A stretch of 64,000 nucleotides of DNA from Botryllus schlosseri (lineage: Eukaryota), in NCBI GenBank assembly GCA_051294905.1, contig CM119371.1, positions 22,818,001 to 22,882,000 of the forward strand. The letters run 5' to 3'. Under the pieces are notes generated by a model. It saw only the letters and a program-made list of their open reading frames with translations, did no database searches and was not told the DNA's origin. Made by a program: the position numbers and the translations under genes. Positions 1-12,428 of the stretch are shown piece by piece. Within the stretch, counting starts at the first letter, position 1. Each line of letters opens with the position of its first letter.

Positions 1-635
1 TTTGTCAATATATTTCAATTCAGACTATGCCAAAGTCCTAATATTTCATTTGGGATTATCTGAATTTACTTTTAGTACATCCTGCAAATGGATTCGGATG
101 CGGCACTATAACATTTTTGATAATAAGGACTCAAGGATTTTCAATCAACAATACCTGAATTTTTTGGTAATGATAGAGTTGTCAAATGATTAGTTGCGTG
201 TTTTTGTTAAGAGTTTGATTTCATGTTGATAAAGACAATAACTGTATAATGTACATACTTGTGATTCTTGATTCTTGTAGAGTTATAGTTGGTATTGATT
301 CTATAGGTGTGAAAACAGCGGCGCGGAATGTGCGAATAATTCGACGTGGCTGAAAGTCGGCGTCAGTAATATTCAGGTTACGGTCGAATCGAAAGATCAC
401 GTTAAAAAGATTTCTCAAAATAATTAGAATTGTATCGAATTAACACATTCAGATACGAATCAACTTGAGCTGTGTAGTAAGTTTCATTTCAAGTTAACAA
501 ATTGACACATCACTTGTATATTCGCATGATTCTTATCATACAACTAAAGTCAACCACGGTCCGAAGTGTCAAAACATATAGCGACCATCAGAAAGTGTCA
601 AATTGATGGTTTACGAATCACCGTCTGCGACGACT

Positions 636-1215
636 CTGTGACAAACTAATTACGGAAATATTACCTTGTGAGCGATCGGTATGTCTGTAACACCAAATCA
701 TGAGCGATCGCTATGTCTGGAGCATTACCCTGTGAGCGGTCGTAGGATTTTAAAATTATTTCACACCTTTTTGAATAAGCGTTCACTTCACAAAGGATTA
801 GGGTTAGAGCAGAAATAAGTGACAATTTGTCGCTATTCAAGTTACCGACACTGTGGTTCTGTTATTCGCTACTTATTAAATCTTACGAGTGAAATCAAGT
901 TCTGTGACATACTGATTACCGAAATATTACATTGTCAACGATCGGCATGTATGTAACAGCGAGTCGTGAGCGCTGGTTATGCCTTAGGTATTATCTTGTG
1001 AGCGATCGCGGGATTTTACCAATATTTCGCACCTTTTTGGAGTGTTAGTTTGTGAACGCGGTTATTGTTGGTATTCGAATCGTCGTCAGTTTGTGAACGC
1101 GGATATTGTTGGTATTCGAATCTCCGTCTACGCCGGTTCTATGGCAAACTAATTACCAAAACATTATCATGCGGCTGATTCCTAGATTTATCCAACTATT
1201 TCACACCTTTTTACT
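636..1215. repeat. Three degenerate direct repeat blocks plus a ~42-bp duplication
   Basis: ctgtgacaaactaattac...tatttcacacctttt-like blocks at ~636, ~902 and ~1139; agtttgtgaacgcgg(t/a)tattgttggtattcgaat at 1046 and 1088. Confidence 0.7.
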
Positions 1216-1410
1216 GAAATTACGACAAGCAGCCCGCAGTCTATAAACGAAAGTACGAATCATCGCCGCACTCATAAGAATAACGATATATCATTGTCGC
1301 ACTCACCGCAAACGTTGGGATTACTTCAAATTGGTCATATATAATAATTTGGGATATACACATTAACTAAGAACCAATCACGTGATCAATATACTTGATA
1401 CATATTCAAA

Positions 1411-1797
1411 ACCGTGCGAGAGATGCCTATACCCACAAGTACGACTTGCCAACACGAGTTTTCGAGGCACCGTGTGAGAGATGCCTATACCTGGAAGGGT
1501 CACCGTGTGAGAGATGCCTATACCTGAAAGTACGACTCACCAACACGAGTTTTCGAGGCACCGTGAGAGAGATGGCTATACCTAGAAGAGTCACCGTGTG
1601 AGAGATGGCTATACCTGAAAAGGTAACCATGTCACCACCAGTTTTCACGGCACCGTGTGAGCGATCCCTATACCGAAAAGGGTTACCGTGTGAGAGGGCC
1701 CATAAGACACAATGGCACCGTGCGAGCGGAAGGGGGGGGTCAAAAGGGTCACCGTGCCAACACGAGTTTCGCGGCACCGTGTGAGCGGGCCCTATAC
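1411..1797. repeat. Minisatellite of ~30-60 bp units
   Basis: Recurrent caccgtgtgagagatg(c/g)ctatacc and caacacgagttttcgaggcaccg. Confidence 0.85.
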
Positions 1798-2627
1798 TAC
1801 CCCATGCAAAAAACGTTAGTTCGCGACCGATCTACTACACTACTGGCGCGAAATGAACTGCCGCGGATGTGACATTCACAATTACTCGAATTACAAACAA
1901 GGTCATAGCTATCCACCTTCTTTATTGTGGTACCGGCAATAAATGTATGCGCGTGGCACAACGTCATGTTACCGCCGAATACTTTGAGAATTAAGAAGTC
2001 TATCAGAATTTAGATTTTCGGAATCAGCGTGACAGTTACATTCGTTTAATATCAGTTATAATAAATTAAAAGCTATTTACGATGAATTGCGTTGTCAATG
2101 GGGCCTTAGCTCTTGTTTCGAGCTTTATTTTCGAACGATGTGCACCAGTTTTTACATAGAAAATGTGGCATCGAATACCAAGTAGTGAGTTCGAATTAGT
2201 GCTACCATGACGTCACGAATGTTTAATTGTGACGTAACATTTGATTGGCTTGTATGGCTCTTTGAGAGTTAGAATGAAAAAAATAGGGTTAATATGGCTC
2301 TTCGGACAAAAAAAGGTTCCCGACCCCTGGCCTACATAAATGCTGATAGCAAATTTATGCTGACATAAGTTTTATCTTCTACTGTGAATCTTGAATCTTT
2401 TATTTGCGTTTATCTTCCGTTCTATACAAAATTAACAAATTCTCATGTGTAGTTTCGTAGTCTAGTCTGTTCGAATTGATTTATTTTTACTTTGAGCCCT
2501 CATACAAGCGGATGATATGTATTAGCATCCAGCCGTTCATAGCCAACTGCGCCCGACCCGACCTACGTTGATGGAAGGAAAGAAGGAATTTTTATATATT
2601 TATGGGCCGTGAGCAGTGTCAACTTAC

Positions 2628-2956
2628 CGCGACAGTACTTGTCAGTACCCTTGTATTTCCACAGAATTGTTCGCGCGATATTTCTCCAGGAGATAGTCCT
2701 AGAAAACTGTGGGGACTTCGGGTAAAGATGCAAAGTGGCCCAAAAGTGTTCGTCCGGCGTTCTGGTGTAAGAGGTCCAATTCAGCAGCGCCCTGCCTTCG
2801 TCGCTATCCACGAGTGCCCATTGCAAAAAGTCACGCGTGAAAACCGCGTATGCAATATTCTTCGCGATTGTTACATTGTACGGGGGCGGTCCCAATATCT
2901 CTTTGGTCTGTTGTAGGACTTGCACGGTTTTATTTTCAACGGTTTCGTTTTTAAGT
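2628..2956 (-). CDS. GCNT-like copy A, coding exon 4 (catalytic PDE motif)
   Basis: Acceptor ttacag|, donor G|GTAAGT; PPPYNVTI...TPDEHFWATL...ARTILWKY. Confidence 0.92.
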
Positions 2957-5900
2957 CTGTAAACGCAATCACGTAGCTGATTACCACCACGACGCGCAAA
3001 TGATACTCGCAAATCTACAACTTGCAGCATTCCTAGCTACGTACATCATTGGACGTAAGAGATTTACGAAGCGTGTTATTATCTCGATAAGGATTCAATA
3101 CTAGTCGACAAAACGTGTTCCCGATACATTCTGAATCCTGCTTCCGTTTTTATTGAACAATCTTGCTCAAGGCTTAGGCAGTGGTTCTCAACCTGGGGGG
3201 CGCGCCCCCTTTTGGAGGCGTGAAAGCATCGAAGGGGGGCGCGAAGAAGCGGTCAACTGAAAAAGATTTTCGCGCTCCGCGCGATTTACCTTAATTTCAC
3301 GCGTGTTTCTCTATAAACAGACCGAATTTCATATTTGTAATTCTTTCATCAACACTCATAACCTTCCATGCCTTCAAACAATCTGTTGGGGTTGCTAGCA
3401 TCCCGGTTTGATTTTGTGATACGACGATAAGGGGGGCGCGAAATTTTTCACTATCAAAAAGAGGGTCGTATCTAAAAAACGGTTGAGAACCACTGGCTTA
3501 GAGAATTGCGATTCACTTCTCAATCTTCTGATTCTAAAGCAGTGGTTCCTAACCCGTAGGAAATTCCCCACTGGTGGGGAATTCAATGGTTTTTCGTGGG
3601 GAATAGATGTAATTGTTAAACATTATCTACAGGATAGTCTACATATATACGGAGACACATGCGGCATTACCACGACCAGTTAAATCGAAAATTATAAATT
3701 TAAAGTGTCATTTCGGAGGAAACCTAAATGTCCTCTCTTTTGGGAATTTGTCCTCTTTTTCTCTGAAAACGACTTAAAGGTTCGTAAAATGCGACTCCGA
3801 CGCGGCGAACATCGGATATTCCTAAAAAATCCGGACCCGCGTCCACGTGATGAATTTTTTTTAGTCAAGATAATACTATCGATCGAAAAAAATTTAAAAT
3901 CATCAGTTTTCTTGAAGATTTCGGAATTTATGAAAATTGTCCTCTTTTTAGGATCTCAAAATATGGTAACCCTGTTTTAAAGGATATATAAGAGTTTTGG
4001 GTAGTGGGTAATGAAGGCTAGGAATAAATCTGAAGTAGGGAATGAAGACAAGAAGGTTGGGAACCACTGATCTAAAGCAAGTGAATATCAATTTGCGTTG
4101 CGGGCCGCATTGAAACTTTTACATCGGTTGGGGGCCCGACTCGTTCAATGATTTCATCACTGCGTTGTGGGGAATACAAGAAGTTTAAGCGTAAACGCAT
4201 ACATTGGATTTTGTTTCAATATTAATAATCGAAACTCAGATTTCTCTAGTGGCCGGAAGCTTTTGATTTAGAACCAATACAGCAGTGTAACCAATGCCAA
4301 CTACTCTTTGGTCCATTTTCCAATAAAACAATTGTTTGTGTGTTCGGTTTTTACCTCCTAGAACAGTGATTCGCAACCTGGGAGGCGTGAAAGCATGTGA
4401 AGTGGGTGCGACGAAGCGGTCAACTGAAAAAAAATTACGTGCCATGCGCGATGTACTTCCAATTCACGCGTATTTCTCTATATATAGACCGAGTTTCATA
4501 TTTTTTTAATTCTCTCATCAACAGTCATATTCTTCCATGCCATCAAACAATCTGTTGACGTTGCTAGATTCCCGGTTGGATTCTGTGATATGACGATAAG
4601 GGGGGCGCGAAACTTTTCACCATCATAAAGGGGGGCGTGTCTAAAAAAAGGTTGGGAACCCCTGTTCTAGAAATTGTGTGTCAATGCCACCAACTTGTTC
4701 CTAATAGTGAATATTAGGTGAAATACAACTCCGCTGTCTGATGGTTTTAATGTGGCCTATGAGAACACTTGACATTTGCAGCATTGGGGGATCGTTTAAT
4801 GCAGTGGTTCCCAACCTTTTCCCACCCACGTACCATTTCGAGGTTTTAGGCAGTGCTCGGGTACCATCTACATCCACCATTTATGATGTCATAATCCCGT
4901 ACTTGACCTATGCGAGGTGTAATAACAAATTCTATTAAACTAGGCATTATCGTCCAGGGTGGATCGGATGCATGGAATTGTTTTTTCACCACCAGTCACT
5001 AGTAGAACAACATACTTAAAAAACAACAAACAGCAACAGTCAATTTGGCGATGGCTGCAATTGTTTATTTTCCACTAAAGCTGGTCGGTGCGTGGCATAC
5101 GTTTGCTCACAGTATAGGACACTATGCTCACAGCGCATCGAAAGTCATGGATGGGCGCAACAAGTCTGTTTCGTTTCTTCGACGTACCTTACCACCTCGA
5201 CGACGACAACGGCTTCAAAAAAACTCAAAATCAACCCAAACTGAAGTAATAACTCCCTTCAGTCGAAAAACAACATAATCTACTCGCGTACCACCTGAAA
5301 GACCTTCGCGTACCGCTAGGTGATGCGTACCACAGGTTGGGAACCACTGGTTTAATGAAAGTATTGCGTAATAAAACTCTCAACATTTGATAGAAAATTG
5401 TTGGATAGCACAAGAATTTCTTCATTTACTTATAGAATTGCTTTGTTTCTGGCGTCCCAGATTCGGCCCGCGGGATGTATGTTTAACACCCCCAATAAAA
5501 AGGCATGGCTTTATCCGTAATGACTGGTTCCAAACGTACGCCGTACAATGACATCCGAGTCGATTTAGAAGCAGTGATCTCTATCGCCCATCCCTAGTAA
5601 CTACGGCAAGACGCTTCATTTCACTTTTGTAACTGATATATCCTTCGAGGTTTCAATGTATTTAAACAGTAAGCATTCCAGTTCATCGGTTAGTCCCCGT
5701 CATTGTGATCGATCTGTTATTTTTAAAATAAACTGATATTCAATATGAATTTGATATATACCTCGTCAGTTTATAGGGATTTTCGTATATAAAGATGCAA
5801 TTGTTGAACATGGCAAGCTAAACTCACACGTGGATGTACTTCACCCTATTCACAGCGACTTCGTTCAGTTCCGTTGTGCCAGACAAGCACATACGACCGT

Positions 5901-8900
5901 CCATTGATTTAAGTTGATTTACGATCTCCAAATTTGTTCTTGTGGGATAGTCCTGTTCCAAGCGAATATAAATCTTCCGTCAACAATAAACGTAATTGAC
6001 GTCGATTACGTAATATGAAAAACACTGTTCGAAGATAGTTGAGCCATATATCTGACTCGTGTGTCACAAAACAGGACATTTTGATTACAGTACAACTGTG
6101 CTATGCAAACAGACGCTTTCCAACCCGCTTTCGTCATTGGTGACTGACCCGAGTGATAATTGTTAAGTACAAATATAGCCCGATGAGAGATTTCTGTTCC
6201 ATTAACGATTTATACTGAAATGCTATCATCTGTTATTATATCACAGCTCAAAAATTCTACGTGCGCATCTGACTCAATACCACACGGCATCTGAGCATGT
6301 GACTTGAACCTAGGATTATGGCTGGCCTACGCCGGATAGGCTAGTTTTGGGACATGAAAGTCAAGCTGTCGCATTCAACTGCTTTTCTTCATTCTGTCGA
6401 CATTAGTCAATGTCACGTCAATATGTGGCGGTATTCACCGATGCGGATTAAATGCAACATATATGCAATAGGTATGCGCTGTAGATTCAGCCTAACGCCT
6501 GATATACGCGGTACATGGCTATATGGACCCACGTCCCACATGCGTCACTTGAGCATTTGGGTTGGAATTAGGATTAGGTCATGGAGACAGTTTCTATTAT
6601 AGGGTAACGATTGGTAAAGCTCACTGTAAGGGGAAAAGTTTGGGCTGGCTTGTGATTCAGGATAGTTAGAGGGTCATAAAGTCACGTGCAGAAGTGTAGC
6701 ACGGGAAACCGTTGGTTTTGATTAAGGCACCCTCTTGTGTCGGGCAATGGATACAAACGTTGCAATATTCATTCAGTTAAGCTATGACTACAACTATAAC
6801 GCGCTGCTCACCTGGCCGCTTAAGTTTATCAGGTATTTCCAATTGTACATATTGATTGGTAAGCTAAGCAAGTCTTCCATGCAGGTAATCTCCGCCTTGA
6901 GTCGACTAAAAGACGCATAAACCACCGACTCTCTTTTGGAAGACTCGAAAACATTGGGGAAGCATTCCGACATCAGTTTGATTCCTTCAATCATAGCTTT
7001 TGGAGATTTTGCGTCGACATGAATACAATATATGTGCTGGGTTCGGTAGATTGTACTCAGCAGCGAAGCTACTTGATGGAGATCTTTATGTATGAGGATG
7101 GTAAATGCGATTGAAAACCGCAATTCATCTGCTGTTGAATACGTATCTTCATGCGTTTTACTGTAGAAGTGGTATCTGCGAAAAATTTCTATAATATTTA
7201 CCCGCTATGTAATATAGGGCAGCAGTTCTCAGCCACAGGTCCGCGGTGACGTTCCTATTACATTGAAATTTGATATCTCAATTGAAAAATACAAATATTT
7301 GGACGCTTAACATTTATTGAGAGAAATTAAACTTCAAATCTATATTCCATTTAAAAATCTGAATGATGTCATGCATGATGTCTGAATATAGAGTTCGTGG
7401 TTCAGCCTACTTAAGACTTGGCCTGTAGCCCTTTACGACACAATGATGCAGGTGTTGTACGAAACTGCTTGAAAGTGTATGATCTTAATGGCTACTCCAA
7501 GTTGTTTCGACGCCTTCCTATCTTATCATTGTATCGCAGTCTTGTGATGATTTGAAACGATGAAAATATTAATAAACCTGATTGATAAGACCAGTTACAT
7601 GTGAGAGCCAAGAATACTTTCGAACGAAGGTCGTTGATTTTCAACAGAACAATTTAGCGACATTTTGGCAGTGTAATTATAGAAGCTAGCAAAAACCGAA
7701 GTCGCAGTAGCTGAGTATAATGCGATATACAAATCATTAGAACAACTTCGAAATTCGTAGAAAATTCTGCCCCGGTGAAGATTTTGCGGCTGTTCATTTC
7801 TTGGGACAAACCTTGGTTGTATTTACTGTTAGGGAGAATGGAATTTTCGCATACACCTCATCATTTTTACTACTAGGCCTACTGCATCAAATGTGCATAA
7901 TATTAGCATGGGACCTATAAATCGAATATCTTTTTATTACGAACACTGCGCCCCCCAGTCACTATCAAATTTGGACTTCGGTTTCACAATGATCCGAATA
8001 AAATTCCTATAATGGATAAGGACTTGAATATGAAACTAAAATAAAGTCCCCTGAGATATTTCGATTCAAAACGTTAAATCTGTTTTCCATGCCTATCAGC
8101 CCAAGCCAGTCGAAATAAAATTAACGTGAGAGGCACAGCCTACGCGACAATAAAAATCTTTCATTCTCAATATAGTCAATGACTAAATTAAAACCGCGAC
8201 ACTGGACACTGTTAACGAAATTGGGTATTTCGCTGATTTCCATCAGAGCTTTGGATGCAAATCAGGCAAATTGGCACTGATTCGTATTGAGATATATTCC
8301 AGGGTTGGAGTATGTTCTGTGTCCGTGTAACATCCTAAGAAAGTAGTTGGAATATAATATTATTGATATATTTTAAATCACAGTTGTTTTTTTGTTCGAT
8401 TTTCGCTTGTAAGCTATTTAGTGCAGTTCCTCGAAAAGTTCCGACAATGGTCTGGCATAATATGTTCAATTGTTCTCTCATCTGCGCTGATATCTTTCTT
8501 TTGTGTTCTGATGTCTTGATAGAACCTCTACCCTTGCTAATAAACAAGATGATCAATAAATATATCAAGATGACTGAACTTTTATGCCACGTTTGTGCTC
8601 AAGTTTTCGATATGCAGATACGAATTTTCGGATCTACTGTTTGTAGTTGGATGCTTTGTGATCATCTAAAAAGTTATATTTACTACATCTTAGGGGAAAT
8701 TACATGCAGTGAACTCCTTCCTAATCTGAAATTGGGATCTTTCATCGGTATTCGAATATACCAGATACCAGTGTTGGGATCAAGTCACCACCTTCGAGTC
8801 ACGAGTCATTTCGAGTCATTGCACATTTTGACTCGAGTCAAGTCAAGTCAATCGATTTTCGAAGGTGACTCGAGTCAAGTCAAGTCACTCGATTTTTGGA

Positions 8901-10822
8901 GGTGACTCGAGTCAAGTCGAGTCAAGTCAAGTCAAGTCACGAGTCAAGTCACAATTCAAGTCAAGTTGCCTTTTCGAAGTATGAGGCATGGTTACGTCAT
9001 TGCATTCTGCTAGCTGTCTAAAATACAGATTGAGTGGTCATTGATTTTGAACCGATGAACGAATATAAAGTTAAATGTACAGTGTACACGCAAGAAGACG
9101 CTGTATCGCTCACATATACGTAGAACTGCTAAACTACGTAAGTAATTGCATAGCCTCAGTTTATATTTACCAGCCAAAATAGAGAATAGCGAAACGAATT
9201 GATAAGATGCAAATGCAATACATTACACTTATACAAATTGATATGATGCAATTCGAGCCTGCGCCAACGGTTGAGGTCTACATAATCTATATTCGATCTC
9301 AATAAAACAAGAGTTTTGGTTAAGGTATGAACGGAGAACAGAAATATACATTTTGCTGTTAAATTCCTTTACTATTTACGACAACGTAAGCTGTAAGCTT
9401 CGATCACTTCGCTTGCGGTCAATTTATTTGTGAGAGAACAATGGTTGCTCAGTAAAACGTATGATCATTGACAGTGAAACGTATGATCATTGAATAATTG
9501 GTTGCTTTCATGGGTTCACCAGCGTTTCGCGAACAATCCGAACATATGCAAGATACAATGATTTTTATCGACACCGGTAACTTGATGACTTGAAATTGAC
9601 TCGTGAATTTTGCTCCGAGTCACGAGTCAATCCTCATTTCTGATACGCCGAGTCAAGTCAAGTCAAGTCATTTTAGCAAAGTGACTCGAGTCAAGTCAAG
9701 TCATACGAAAAAGGTGACTCGAGTCTGACTCGAGTCAAGTCATGACTCGAGTCATCCCAACACTGCCAGATACCAGATTTAAGCTTCTCGTTTGATAGGG
9801 TCACTAGATATACACACTTTGCTGACTCAGCGGAATATTATCCATTTACCAGTCAATAGAAATGAGTTGCATATGAGTATTGTAGTCAGGACTTTCCAGG
9901 ACAAGTTTTATACTCCTCTTTAATCTTGGTAGAATGACCAATTGTTACAGGAAAATATGTTTCCATTGTGCAAAAGAACAATTTTAAGGCTTGACACACT
10001 GCTTTTTGACCAACAAATATTTCGCATCATGTCATGTTAATATTGATAGAATGACTGAGAATGATATGAGGGTTCTTCATATAGTCAATTAGCTATTTAT
10101 GCGCAGTATAAAATTAGAAAACACTACGTTTTTCTTCCTACTAAGTAAAATATTTAAGGGTTAATACAGTATTTTGTGCTTTTTTAGGATACAAATATCT
10201 TCTGACAAAGAGCCAATCCGACAAAACTAATGTGATATTCGTAATCAGCAACCTCAAAAACCACAGAAACGTCTCTCAGATGTTTTGACTAATTTTTTTT
10301 TTCATTTTGTAGACCAGTGTAAATAATGCTCTTTTTTACGCGTTTAAACCCATTGGAATTGGTATATAAATGGGCACGGGAAAGTGCCGATAATCTGTTT
10401 AATACGCTGTGGGGGAAATCTGGATATTCGTCTATTTTCCTCCCACGTACTCACAGAGCAGGAGCAATTTACCTATTGTTGAACTCAACGCATCCTTTCC
10501 GTAACACATCTACTACTTGTTCATCCTCGGTTAGGTCAGGAATAGCTTCGAAGGATGCGTTCACGCCTTCTCTCCCCTTTTCTATTATGCGATGGCAGTC
10601 TTCCAAAGATGGATATTCCGATTTGAAATCTGCTGCTTGCAACGCCTGCTCTGTTCCATTGCTTGTATCCACTTCGCCACGCGTTACGCCGAAGGTATAC
10701 TGACGGTGATTGACGGGATTCTTTCCACATAGTTTGTACGGCAGCGAGCGGTAATATAACATTTGCGTGAACGATATGACAACCACGCCAATGATGAATA
10801 ATGTTCTCCAAAATGGCTTCAT
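2628..10822 (-). CDS. GCNT: GT14 core-2/I-branching beta-1,6-N-acetylglucosaminyltransferase-like gene, copy A (3'-partial): join(10473..10822,6812..7175,5828..5952,2628..2956)
   Basis: Spliced by hand at GT-AG sites, intron phases 2/0/2/1. N-terminal signal-anchor TM. Motifs IYCIHVDAKS, VVYASFSRLKAEITCMEDL, WKYLINLSGQDYP, PPPYNVTI and TPDEHFWATL. Exons 2-4 (364/125/329 nt) equal those of copy B in length. The final NKFD exon was not found in 1-2627. Confidence 0.9.
3179..3495 (+). mobile_element. hAT (Charlie/Buster-type) MITE, family A
   Basis: Perfect 15-bp TIR CAGTGGTTCTCAACC; flanks ggcttagg/gcttagag; homologous to 4364-4664 and 55786-56523. Confidence 0.88.
3540..4069. mobile_element. 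hAT (Charlie/Buster-type) MITE containing a fragment of a second element (end atatggtaaccctg at 3961-3974)
   Basis: TIR CAGTGGTTCC(T/C)AACC; TSD ttctaaag/atctaaag. Confidence 0.8.
4364..4664 (+). mobile_element. hAT MITE family A, copy 2
   Basis: Degenerate TIRs; TSD tcctagaa/ttctagaa; internal similarity to 3179-3495. Confidence 0.85.
4802..5349. mobile_element. hAT MITE family B
   Basis: TIR CAGTGGTTCCCAACCT; perfect TSD gtttaatg; inverted relative at 37756-38208. Confidence 0.9.
5828..5952 (-). CDS. GCNT-like copy A, coding exon 3 (not in ORF track)
   Basis: aacag|DYPTRTNLEIVNQLKSMDGRMCLSGTTELNEVAVNRVKYIH|GTGAGT; highly similar to 27752-27876. Confidence 0.9.
6812..7175 (-). CDS. GCNT-like copy A, coding exon 2
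   Basis: Acceptor cgcag|, donor CAG|GTGAGC; IAFTILIHKD, YCIHVDAKS, WKYLINLSGQ. Confidence 0.93.
7400..10100 (-). pseudogene. Probable heavily decayed non-LTR retrotransposon ORF in intron 1 of copy A, interrupted by the 8769-9765 MITE
   Basis: Frameshifted fragments (NSLQAKIEQKNNCDL...GCYT...NIL...PDL) loosely resemble the CCHC/RYTWRHN/PD region of RLE-type elements. Visual match only; boundaries approximate. Confidence 0.3.
8769..9765. mobile_element. Non-autonomous hAT (Ac-type) element with (GAGTC/AAGTC)n subterminal arrays
   Basis: 12-bp TIR CAGTGTTGGGAT; perfect TSD ccagatac. Confidence 0.92.
10473..10822 (-). CDS. GCNT-like copy A, coding exon 1 (TM anchor and stem)
   Basis: MKPFWRTLFIIGVVVISF...CVEFNN; AG directly before the ATG; donor AG|GTAAAT; homologous to 30635-30981. 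Confidence 0.85.
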
Positions 10823-12428
10823 CTTTAGAAATATATACAAAATCGACTTATGATAGCGCCAAATAAAATTAGATATTTATGCGCTAATTCTCGTACAATA
10901 ATCGTTTCTGTGGCCTCACTGATAAACGTGACCCTCTTATTGTTTGAAGAAGATACGCAAAATGAACATAAGAAATCGATATTTATGATTATATTCGCAA
11001 TTAGCAGAGAACGGTATATTGTTAGTCTCGCTTCAGGCCGTTTACATTCTCCAGTCAATGTGTAGGAAGACTGCGGGCATTTCGGTAGCAATTATCTCCA
11101 TGCCAGAAAAAAAGACATACAACAGTTCGGCCAAGATGCGACTATACGTGAACTGAGTTGGGGAAGGTGTTCCCAGCGCGCATTTTCTAAATGGATCTCT
11201 TGTCAATTACAAATATTATCTTTCATGCTCAGTGGGCATATAATAGGCTACTGTAGTTATCATGCTTTGAATCAGTCCAATGGAATGAATGCACCCTTTC
11301 GAATCAGTTTACAGGTGAATCTGTTATTTACGTGAACCGCGTGTCGTGGGGATATTATATCGTCAAAAAGCAAAGAATTCTATCATCAGGGATCATATCC
11401 CATTTACTTCACTTAGTTCGAAGATTGTGACCTTGGATTGGTTGCCGCTCCCAGTAACTATTCATTACATCCCTAGTGACTACTATCGATTTCGATGCGT
11501 ATAGTAAGCAGTTATGAAAAAGTAGATTAGTCATAAGTTCACCGGAAATGGGGAGTATATATAACATGGGTATTTGGAGTCCAGTTATCTCATTACGACT
11601 ATGGCCTGGAATGCGCCCATAGGCTACAGAAGTAATCGAAATGCGGCCGTGAACAGCACAAACGTTGACTGGACATATAGGTTGTATGAATTAACTGTGC
11701 CGCAAATGCGTTCGCTTTGAACTAACTTCACTGTTTATGCAACGTGTTTTCGTATCATACCTATATCCACGTAAAAAAAAAACAGTAAACGCGTATCTGC
11801 CGAAATCGATTACAAATATCAATGTTTGTCATGGCTAGGGTTGCAAGCAAAAATCAAGTTTAAAATTTACATGCTTAAAACAAGGCAAATGTCTGAGACA
11901 TGTTTTTGATTGTTTTTCAGCAATGGAGCCACAAATATTCAATAGTGACGTCATACTTGATTGACATTGACACTCGAAAATACAGTGTAAATACATAGCT
12001 CCTTTGACGAAATAGGCTTCCAGCCCTTGTCATGTTATAGATAACTGTAATGTACGGATAGATGCGAAGTACGCGAGTACCGCGTTGCATCTGTCGATTT
12101 GTGGGCGCTTCATAGCATGCAAGCGGCTTGTTGTCGGCCAAATTGACTGTTGAAATGCAGTTATGTTGGGTGTGGAGAGGACCCAGGGCATCCAGAACAA
12201 GGTATTTACTGGAACAGTAAATCTACTGATTGGGCACACATCAAAGCATTTATATTACTAGGACATTTGATGACCAAAAGAAGACGTGATATTCACTTTA
12301 ATAATGTTATCAATCGGTTCAAATAGTGACTCTAATTTTTCAGCTGTTTCCTTGAAATGGCCTGACTTGTTTAATCATAAATAGGTTTTGGTAAATATTG
12401 ATAAACAGAAAACGTTTCCATAATCTAG

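Noticed and set aside
1411..1797. CRISPR-like repeat array
   Set aside because: The inter-repeat parts are themselves repeated and variable in length, there are no cas genes, and the context is eukaryotic; it is a minisatellite
8363..8905. 180-aa plus-strand ORF
   Set aside because: No motif, antisense within an intron, and it runs into MITE repeats
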